Positions 56,140 through 64,000 of a stretch of 64,000 nt of DNA are shown here, piece by piece. This DNA comes from Macrostomum hystrix (taxonomy: Eukaryota > Animalia > Platyhelminthes): contig CATNEN010000025.1 in the NCBI GenBank assembly GCA_950097015.1, positions 9,300,001-9,364,000 of the forward strand, written 5' to 3'. Under the pieces are notes generated by a model. It saw only the letters and a list, made by a program, of their open reading frames with translations, was not told the DNA's origin and made no database searches. A program made the position numbers and the translations under genes. Position 1 is the stretch's first letter. Each line of letters opens with the position of its first letter.

Positions 56140-56710
56140 GTGACCTGACACTACCCTGACGCGACACTACTCGGACCTCAACTGACAATATTCAATTGAA
56201 TTCAACTTGATCAATCAACTGACCTGAGACTACTCGGACCTCAACTGACAATATTAAATCAGCTCAACTTGATCACAACTGACCCGGTCGGCCCAATCAG
56301 CACCTATTAAATTCAACAGAAAATAAGCAATACCGCATTGGATTTAAATGACACATTTGCTTCATTATCAGTTAGCAGCATTTGTTTGTAGTTAATACAG
56401 AGCGGAGCGAGGCGATGGCATGACGGCGGGGCAACTAATGAGTTATTTTATTGTCACTTTTTTTCTACTTCCCTTATTCCATAGATGTCATCTTTCCTTT
56501 TGTACCTCTTTGTACCATTTACTTTCTTTTCTGTCTCTCTCAACACAGACAGACATGTTTGTCTTAATCTGTTGGATTCAGCTCCTTGTCAGCCGTCGGA
56601 TTCAGCTTCTCGTCAGTCGTCAGATTCAGCTCCTTGTAAGCCGTTGGACTCAGCTCCTTGTCAGCCGTCAGACTCAGCTCTTCGTCAGCTGTTGGATTCA
56701 GCCCCTCGGA
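56140..56710. repeat. ~70-bp duplication (56160-56290) and ~6 degenerate 24-bp units (GGATTCAGCTCCTTGTCAGCCGTC, 56570-56710)
   Basis: Read directly. Confidence 0.7.
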
Positions 56711-57165
56711 GGATGCGAATTGTACCATGGCTCCTCTTTGTCAGCTGCTGCCTGGATTGCCTGTGGTTACCGTTGCTGCTTCCTGCGAAGTCTAGTCAGC
56801 GCATGTCAAATGTGTTCACCAACCACCTGCTCCACCTCAGCTGCATTGGCCTGCTGGAAACTGCTCTAAACTACATCTAAAAAATTGGAAGCAAACGAAA
56901 AACCAGTTATAAAAATATATTTTAAAAATGATCAAAATAATTGTCAAAATAATTTACACTTGCCACAATTGGGAAGATGTGCAGCTGACAGCACAGTGCC
57001 ACATCTATGGCTTAATTACCCATTTTACAGCAAAAAAAACTAACTATTTTTTTAAGAAGTTGGTTCTAGAGGATTAGAAATGTTAAAGTTTTATGCAAGC
57101 TAACTGGTGATAAATAAGAGAAGCTTGACCTATTAGTTAAGGAAAATACTATAAAATATTTGTTA

Positions 57166-57549
57166 TGTAACAGGGCTTGTCTCTCTACTTTTCTCTCTAA
57201 TGGTAGCGTATCACTCGGCACGAGCGGTTTAACCTTCTAAGGCACTGGCTTACTATTCTCCAGTCTTTGCTGGGCGTTTTCTGTGGATCAGAGGGTCACA
57301 GCCTCAAATAACCAACTCAACACTTTTCTTCTTCAGTAATAGCTTATTTGCTTTTCGCCACACTGGCACGTTGATTTGTCTCAACTGAATTACACTCGTT
57401 TATATACACATAAGAAAATGTTTGTTAAAGTAAACGAATTTGACAAAATATTTAAAATATATTACATATAAAAAATATTTTGCGCATTCAAACAAAAAGC
57501 ATAGGCACGAATTTGACTTTAAAGAAATAATAAAAGCATCCCTACTACA
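57166..57549 (-). repeat. Gypsy 3' LTR
   Basis: No differences from 63327-63710 found by eye. Confidence 0.97.
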
Positions 57550-57550
57550 A

Positions 57551-57563
57551 CTTGCCTTCCCTA
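57551..57563 (-). other. Polypurine tract
   Basis: AGGGAAGGCAAG immediately 5' of the 3' LTR on the minus strand. Confidence 0.75.
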
Positions 57564-57750
57564 AAATAAAAATTGAATAAAGCATGAGTGATATTTTTAG
57601 TAATAATGTTATTTAAGCCGCATGAGTCAATTTTACTTTATGTAGCATCAGGTCACCGTCCTCAGTCCCGTTGCCTCTGCTTCTTCGCCGCTGCTGCTGC
57701 CGCCGCTGCTGCTGCCGCCGCTGTCACTGCCGCCGCTGCTGCTGCTGCCA

Positions 57751-60700
57751 TCACTGGTAGTGGGAGTACCGCTTCCTTGGCACAAAGCCATACTTGTTAG
57801 GCTTACGCGGTGCCTCCCGGTGATTCGTGACAGGTGTCGGACCTACTGGCTCATTGATGACTGGGCATTTTCTTGGCCGCAGGTTGTACCGCACCTCTCG
57901 CCACTGAAGTGGTGCCGCCGCTTCGCTGGCTGCATCCGCTCGGTCCTCAGCTTCCTCCTCACGGGCTGGTTCCTCTACAGCATTATGGCCTGATGGCTCC
58001 GCTTCAGGTTCTTCTTCACTATCTTCTTCCGACTCTTCTAACTCTTCTTCCGTTTCCGTTTCAGAGTCTTCCATAAGTTCTTCTACCGAACTTCCAGATT
58101 CCGTGTCTGGGCCTCCATCAGTTTCCTCAACCTCACTTCCACTTATGTCTGTCCCTTTGCGGGCTCTCCATTGGATTATTTCCTCCTCTGAGTCAGAGCT
58201 TTCTTCTTGCTCGATTTCCTGGATTGGCCTTTTTACCATCCTAGGTTGCGCTTCCCTTCTCTTTTTGGTCTTCTGAGCAGTCTCCTGCCTTCCCTTATCT
58301 GTTTGTTCTCTCTTCTCTACGTCAGAACTTATGGTCATATCCGTAGCTTTGACCGAGTTCGGTACAGGAGTCAGATTATTCCGGTGTACCAGCAGCATGG
58401 CACCGATTAGTTTTCCATCCTCCTCTTTTTGAACTCGGAAAACTGTATCCGAAAGCTTAGCTAACACTCTGTAAGAGGCTCTCTTCTTTCGGTGAAATTT
58501 ATGACTCTCGTCACCATGCAACTGTGGATTGTTTATCAATACGAGACCGCCGATTGGCACGGCCTTGGTGATCACTGTCTCAGCAGCCTGCTCCCGACGG
58601 TCTCGCACCTTTTCTAATTTCTTCTGAACCACCTTCTGCATCTCCTCAATTCTTTTAGCATGATCAGCTACATAGCTAGGATAGTCGTAGTACAATCTGG
58701 GCCTTTTGACAACACTGTCTATTGGCAACTCCGCCTCACGTCCGAACAATAGATAATGTGGAGTGAATCCCGTTGTCTGATTTACACTCGTTCGAACAGC
58801 CACTAAAGCTGCTGGGATCAACAGGTCCCAGTCGGAGTGGTCTTTCTCAACTAGACAGGTGATGATGGACTTTATCTGACGGTTAAATCTTTCTACCAGG
58901 CCGTTGCTTTGCGCATGATATGGCGTCGTGCAGGTATGCTTGATACCATACAATGTACAAAACGCCTGGAACTGACGGCTCACAAAAGTTTTCCCGTTGT
59001 CAGTGTGGATCCAACGACACTGACCATACTCACTAAAAATTCTTTCTTGTAGGAGTTTAATAACTGTGTCCGACTTTTGATTCCTGATTGGAAATGCAAA
59101 CGGGAACTTAGTAGTGCTGTCGATGACTGTTAGCACGTACTTATGTCCTCGTCGGCTTTCTTTAGAAATCGGCCCAATCAGATCAACGTGTAGGCGATGG
59201 AATGCCTCGCACACAGGAAATGTTTGCACCGGTGCCTTCACCTTATTGCCTGCTTTACTCTCGAGGCATGGGATGCACTCGGCCACATAATTCTCTACAG
59301 TAGTAACTAGGCCAGGTTTCCAGAATCGCTCTCGTACCTTTTGTACGGTTTTATCTCGTCCAAGATGTCCTGCTAAAGGACTGTCATGCAATTCTCGGAG
59401 GACCTCTTTTTCTATTCCACTCGGAAGTACTACTTTCCGGGTACCGTCAGTCACGATGGTTAACATTCCATCCTCAATCTTCATCTGCTCGTATGATTTG
59501 ATCATCTTTTTCAGCTCGTGGCTAGCCCCTGTGGGTAATTCTGGCCTCAGTATTCCTTGTTCCTTCCACTCAATCAGGATTTTAACGTCCTGATCCTCTC
59601 TCTGTGCAATAACCAGCTGTTCCTTCGTCAGTGGTACTGACAGGAAATCTGTTAATAATTTTCGGCATGCCGTTGTCTTTTCCAATTCCTCATCTTCGAA
59701 ATAGTCTCTTGCGTCCACGAAAATTTCATTCGCATCATCATCATCTGTATCGATGCCACTGTCTGTCTGACAGCTCTGACTCATCATGGCTCGTCCAGTG
59801 ATTTGACTTTGGTTAATCTTTGCTTCAGAAGCCTCTTTAATTTCCGATGGTCTTCTAGACAAGCTGTCTGCATTGCTATGCTTAGCTCCGCTTCTATGCT
59901 GGATCTCGTACTGAAACTCACTCAACCGTTCGATCCACCTTCCTAAAATACCCTGGGCTTCTGTTTGACGTAGTAGCCACAGGATCGCTTTGTGGTCGGT
60001 ACGTGCCAAGAACTTCTTCCCGATCAAATAGAATCGGAAGTGTTTCATACCATCCACCAAGGCGAGCAATTCCTTTCGTGTTATCGGATATCGTTTTTCA
60101 GATTCCGTCATTGCCCTGCTGAAATAGGCGATTGGTCTTTCTACTCCATCTGCCTGGATTTGTCCCAGACAGGCTCCTATCCTTCCTTCGGATGCATCAG
60201 TGTCTAACACCATTTTGACATTTTCATATTCTGAGAATTCGGGATAAGCCAACACATCGGTGGACATCATTTTCTGCTTTAGAAGTGCAAACGCCTCGTC
60301 ATGTTTCGAGTTCCATTTCTCCTTAAAGTTCGTTATACCCTTTTTGGTTAACTGAAACAGCGGATGCGCTGCTTCGGCATAGTCCTTAACGAATCTACAA
60401 TAGTAGTTGCATAGGCCCAAGAAACTTCTTAATTCCTTGACGTCTTGCGGAGTAGGCCATGATCGGATGGCTTCGATTTTGGCCGGATCTGTTCGAATTC
60501 CATTTCGGCCTACTATGTGGCCTAGATATTTCAGTTCTTCTTGAAACAGATTACATTTTCTTGGTCTCAATTTCAGTCCAGCTTCGGATAATCTCCGGAA
60601 CACTTCTCGTAGGTGACACAGATGTTCATCGAATTCCTTCGAGTAAGTAACGATATCGTCGATGTACGACATCGCGAACTTGTGTTGAATGCCGATCAAC

Positions 60701-62361
60701 ACAAGGTTCATCAACCTCTGGAAGGTTCCAGGTGCATTTGACAAGCCTTGAGCCATTACTTGGTACTCAAACTGGCCCCTAGTTAATGTCGAGAATGCAG
60801 TCATATGTTTGTGTTCTTCTTTAATTGGGACTTGCCAGTATCCAGAGTTAAGGTCTAAACTGCTGAAATACTGACTTCCAGTAAGGTGAGAGAATGTCTC
60901 CTGAATATTAGGTAACGGATACGGATAGTACTCCACACGAGAATTCAGTACTCGAAAGTCACTCACGATCCTTATTGTACCATCCTTCTTTGGTACTATG
61001 ACCAAGGGTGTCGAATAGGTGCTATAACATGGCCTAATCAGGTTTTTGGCCAGCATGTCATCAAGCAAATCATCCACCTGTTTTTGCAAATGAGGCGGAA
61101 TTCTGCGAGTCGGTATTCTGACTGGCGTAGTATCTTTAAGAGCAATTTCATGCGTCACCAAATGTGTCAGACCCATATCTTGCTCGGTCTGGGAGAACGC
61201 TGCTCTGTTCTCTTTCAGCAATTGTATAACTTGTTCCTTTTGTTCCGAATTCATCTCTCCGATGTTAACCTCCTTGATCCATTCATCAATGTCCTTTGAG
61301 GCTTCCTCTCTCTTTACAGCATTGACTTGTCCGGTATTTTGACTCGAATTGATTGAATTAACAAAATAATTCAAGTTCTTCGCTGTTAATGGCTTGGCAT
61401 AGCCAATAAGAGCTGCTCCTTTCACTTTGACTTCTCTGTTCTGTTTATTGACTAGTTCTATGACTCCAACTCCTTCGTTCAAGGTTACTAATGCTGGTAC
61501 TAGCTCCAGATCATAACCTTTGGCTGCAATATAGCCGTCATTAGTCTCAATCACCATGGGAGTACCGTAATTAGCTTCGGCATTTTCTCCCAATCGGATT
61601 GGCACTTTCAAAGCACTATTCGCTGGTATCGTGATCTGATTCTGGCAATAGACTCGTCGAATTCGAACAGGTAGTCTTGTGAACTGAATTGGGATGCAGA
61701 TCCCATCTTTCAGTACCAAGACTCCTTTACTGAAATTGATACCATCACAGTAGTCTGTGAGAAAGTCCATTCCAAGGATGTCGTCACAGTCGTGGTCACA
61801 CAGAAGAAATCTTGTCTCAATCTCAATTTCTCCGAACTTCACTTTAAGCATTGCTTCACCTCTAAGTGACACAACTGATCCGTCAAACGTGGTGACTCTC
61901 AAATTGCATGGTTCTATCTCGTCGTCACAAACCACTCTCTTCCATGAACTCCTACTTAAGAAGTTGTTTCCGGCTCCTGTGTCTATCAAAAACATAATAT
62001 CTCGCTTTCGTATCTTTCCATTCACAATTGCTTCCTGACCTTTCTTGACCGGCTCTGGGATTCTGATCGTCTCAATGGGTGACTCACTTTTAATTTCTTT
62101 GCTAGCGGCTTTCTGACTTGTTTCACATGGTGTAACTGGTGCTTTTGCATGTGCTTGCATTTTTGCAGTGCTGGGTGCATACGCATGGTGCTGTCTCATT
62201 TCTCGCGGCTGATTAAACTTGTTGAAATAATAATTATTTTTCTTGTAAGCAAAACGTTGGTTATCAATTTTATACGCACTATTTACAAACTCTGAGGCCT
62301 GGAATTTGTTAAAGGATTTTCCGGAGGAACGGGGCCTCGACTTACGTCCCTCGTATTTTAG
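57751..62361 (-). CDS. pol: Gypsy Pol (protease, RT, RNase H, integrase, acidic tail), in the -1 frame from gag
   Basis: FLIDTGA, SGYWQ, YIDD, LDTDAS, HHCC zinc motif, D-D-E core. The frame is open back past the gag stop (1536 codons from 62361); the ORF track starts it at ATG 62199. Confidence 0.97.
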   Translation of the reverse strand, partial: LKYEGRKSRPRSSGKSFNKFQASEFVNSAYKIDNQRFAYKKNNYYFNKFNQPREMRQHHAYAPSTAKMQAHAKAPVTPCETSQKAASKEIKSESPIETIRIPEPVKKGQEAIVNGKIRKRDIMFLIDTGAGNNFLSRSSWKRVVCDDEIEPCNLRVTTFDGSVVSLRGEAMLKVKFGEIEIETRFLLCDHDCDDILGMDFLTDYCDGINFSKGVLVLKDGICIPIQFTRLPVRIRRVYCQNQITIPANSALKVPIRLGENAEANYGTPMVIETNDGYIAAKGYDLELVPALVTLNEGVGVIELVNKQNREVKVKGAALIGYAKPLTAKNLNYFVNSINSSQNTGQVNAVKREEASKDIDEWIKEVNIGEMNSEQKEQVIQLLKENRAAFSQTEQDMGLTHLVTHEIALKDTTPVRIPTRRIPPHLQKQVDDLLDDMLAKNLIRPCYSTYSTPLVIVPKKDGTIRIVSDFRVLNSRVEYYPYPLPNIQETFSHLTGSQYFSSLDLNSGYWQVPIKEEHKHMTAFSTLTRGQFEYQVMAQGLSNAPGTFQRLMNLVLIGIQHKFAMSYIDDIVTYSKEFDEHLCHLREVFRRLSEAGLKLRPRKCNLFQEELKYLGHIVGRNGIRTDPAKIEAIRSWPTPQDVKELRSFLGLCNYYCRFVKDYAEAAHPLFQLTKKGITNFKEKWNSKHDEAFALLKQKMMSTDVLAYPEFSEYENVKMVLDTDASEGRIGACLGQIQADGVERPIAYFSRAMTESEKRYPITRKELLALVDGMKHFRFYLIGKKFLARTDHKAILWLLRQTEAQGILGRWIERLSEFQYEIQHRSGAKHSNADSLSRRPSEIKEASEAKINQSQITGRAMMSQSCQTDSGIDTDDDDANEIFVDARDYFEDEELEKTTACRKLLTDFLSVPLTKEQLVIAQREDQDVKILIEWKEQGILRPELPTGASHELKKMIKSYEQMKIEDGMLTIVTDGTRKVVLPSGIEKEVLRELHDSPLAGHLGRDKTVQKVRERFWKPGLVTTVENYVAECIPCLESKAGNKVKAPVQTFPVCEAFHRLHVDLIGPISKESRRGHKYVLTVIDSTTKFPFAFPIRNQKSDTVIKLLQERIFSEYGQCRWIHTDNGKTFVSRQFQAFCTLYGIKHTCTTPYHAQSNGLVERFNRQIKSIITCLVEKDHSDWDLLIPAALVAVRTSVNQTTGFTPHYLLFGREAELPIDSVVKRPRLYYDYPSYVADHAKRIEEMQKVVQKKLEKVRDRREQAAETVITKAVPIGGLVLINNPQLHGDESHKFHRKKRASYRVLAKLSDTVFRVQKEEDGKLIGAMLLVHRNNLTPVPNSVKATDMTISSDVEKREQTDKGRQETAQKTKKRREAQPRMVKRPIQEIEQEESSDSEEEIIQWRARKGTDISGSEVEETDGGPDTESGSSVEELMEDSETETEEELEESEEDSEEEPEAEPSGHNAVEEPAREEEAEDRADAASEAAAPLQWREVRYNLRPRKCPVINEPVGPTPVTNHREAPRKPNKYGFVPRKRYSHYQ

Positions 62362-62367
62362 TTTCCC
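62294..62367 (-). promoter_or_regulatory. -1 programmed ribosomal frameshift signal: slippery G GGA AAC plus predicted H-type pseudoknot
   Basis: Heptamer 62367-62361 abuts the gag TAA, then an 8-nt spacer. Stem 1 GAGGGACG/CGUUCCUC; stem 2 GAGGCC/GGCCUC. Confidence 0.85.
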
Positions 62368-63266
62368 TGGTTCTGGAAGTTCTGCTGACCGTTGCCCATC
62401 CTCATAGGACAGAATCTGGCAATATGGCCGAGTTTTCCGCAGTTGAAGCAGGTTCGGTTCTGGTTCAAGAATTGCGGCCCATTGTACTGCGTATTCTGCT
62501 GTTGCAGGAACTTAGGTACATATGGCTTCCTTGGTACGTACTGTTTCTCAGCCATTTTGCTGGTGAGCTCCTGCAAGAGTTTCTGCTGTCTTTCAATTTC
62601 TTCCTTCTGCTTCACAATTGTTGCCCTTAGAGACTCCTCTTCCTCTTCACCATTTCTGGTAATCCTTACTCCGGCACCTTTGTGTGTCATGCTCCAGGCG
62701 GCTTCCAACCTTCTAAGCATTCTCTTTAGTTCCTGTAGATTGGCAGGCTGAGCAAAGATTAGTTTCTCCCTCATGTCAGCGGATATCTTGGCTCCCTTGA
62801 TGTATTGCTCAACCAGCTCATCTTCTCGTTGCTCCATTGTCATGTTTGGGAAGGCTCTGGCAGCCAGTTCAATCAGACTATCTGAATAGGCTTCTACCGA
62901 TTCATTCTTGCCTTGCATTCTTCCTCGAAACTCTTCTCTGAATTCTGCTGGGCTTCCAGTTCGTCCGAATCTTTCTGCTATCCGCTCCTTGAATTCTTCG
63001 TAGTCAAGGTTTTCTGGGAGGTTCATTCTCTGTACAGAGGCAAATGCTGTGGACAAGTCCAAGTTGGCAAGCAATTCCTGCTTTCGATGGTCCACTTCAA
63101 TTCCTTCTGTCTCGCATCTTTGATCAAATGCGGTGAGCCACACCCGAATATCCTGATTAGGTGTGAACTTTTGGATCTTCACATGGCGTGTTGGAGCAAT
63201 CTCCAACCGATTTCTCAGCTCTTCCGCGAGTACAGCCATCAAATTTTGTGCTTGAGCTTGATCCAT
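62358..63266 (-). CDS. gag: Gypsy Gag (302 aa, CCHC zinc knuckle)
   Basis: CFNCGKLGHIARFC; intact ORF downstream of the PBS. Confidence 0.96.
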   Translation of the reverse strand: MDQAQAQNLMAVLAEELRNRLEIAPTRHVKIQKFTPNQDIRVWLTAFDQRCETEGIEVDHRKQELLANLDLSTAFASVQRMNLPENLDYEEFKERIAERFGRTGSPAEFREEFRGRMQGKNESVEAYSDSLIELAARAFPNMTMEQREDELVEQYIKGAKISADMREKLIFAQPANLQELKRMLRRLEAAWSMTHKGAGVRITRNGEEEEESLRATIVKQKEEIERQQKLLQELTSKMAEKQYVPRKPYVPKFLQQQNTQYNGPQFLNQNRTCFNCGKLGHIARFCPMRMGNGQQNFQNQGN

Positions 63267-63310
63267 TGTTACTCCTCAATGGGGTTATTTCGCTGTTTCT
63301 CTGATCCTTT

Positions 63311-63322
63311 CCGCTGCCACCA
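63311..63322 (-). other. Primer binding site, tRNA-Leu type
   Basis: TGGTGGCAGCGG is complementary to the 3' end ...CCGCTGCCACCA of Leu tRNAs. Confidence 0.8.
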
Positions 63323-63326
63323 AAGT

Positions 63327-63710
63327 TGTAACAGGGCTTGTCTCTCTACTTTTCTCTCTAATGGTAGCGTATCACTCGGCACGAGCGGTTTAACCTTCTA
63401 AGGCACTGGCTTACTATTCTCCAGTCTTTGCTGGGCGTTTTCTGTGGATCAGAGGGTCACAGCCTCAAATAACCAACTCAACACTTTTCTTCTTCAGTAA
63501 TAGCTTATTTGCTTTTCGCCACACTGGCACGTTGATTTGTCTCAACTGAATTACACTCGTTTATATACACATAAGAAAATGTTTGTTAAAGTAAACGAAT
63601 TTGACAAAATATTTAAAATATATTACATATAAAAAATATTTTGCGCATTCAAACAAAAAGCATAGGCACGAATTTGACTTTAAAGAAATAATAAAAGCAT
63701 CCCTACTACA
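63327..63710 (-). repeat. Gypsy 5' LTR
   Basis: TG...CA ends, 384 bp, TATA-like TATATAAA on the minus strand. Confidence 0.97.
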
Positions 63711-64000
63711 GTTATTTCATTCAATAATAAGGTTTTTTATCAGCTTATTATATTGATATATAATTATATTTCCACCTTATACCCAAAAATTTCTATTTAC
63801 AAAGTACAATACCATAAAGTTAAACATGTCCTCTTTCTAATTTATGCCAACTTAATTTCTTAAATAAGAAAATAAGAAAGAAATGGTCTATCAATGTTTA
63901 ACAATCTTTTTTGGCTTGTATTGATTCTATAGCTGCTATAGGGTAATATAGTAATAGGCACTAGCTCATACATGCGCAGCACCCGGCCAACACGGCCGAA

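Larger units (their letters stand above)
57166..63710 (-). mobile_element. Full-length, apparently intact Ty3/Gypsy LTR retrotransposon (6545 bp)
   Basis: 384-bp LTRs (TG...CA) that look identical, 4-bp TSD GTTA (57162-57165 / 63711-63714), Leu PBS, PPT, uninterrupted gag and pol. Confidence 0.98.

Noticed and set aside
57760-63401. Plus-strand ORFs antisense to gag and pol
   Set aside because: Short shadow ORFs with no recognisable motifs.

Overview
Animal genomic DNA with GT-AG introns and many repeats. A flatworm-like host is only a low-confidence guess. I reconstructed five host genes by hand, checking splice phases. (1) A divergent Gi/o-class G-alpha gene on the - strand (4 exons, 9379-3538) has the switch-II catalytic Gln replaced by Ile and one 1-nt frameshift. 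(2) A two-exon methionine aminopeptidase 1 (METAP1). (3-5) Three tandem 7-exon paralogs encode signal peptide + CUB-like + atypical C-type-lectin-like domain + TM receptors, with patchy near-identity between copies 2 and 3. The rest is mobile DNA and tandem repeats: Crypton tyrosine-recombinase, Tc1/DDE, TRT-like and mariner remnants, MITEs, two tRNA-derived SINE families and LINE fragments. There is an 11.7-kb internally deleted Polinton/Maverick (472-bp TIRs, tandem PC4-like ORF, integrase, penton-like ORF, pPolB). There is also a Lys-primed Gypsy fragment and an intact, very young Gypsy element with identical-looking 384-bp LTRs, a GTTA TSD and a -1 frameshift/pseudoknot signal. About a dozen unrelated minisatellites occur, two of them visibly born at microhomologies in SINEs. 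No database searches were run: family assignments come from motif recognition and all counts were made by hand.
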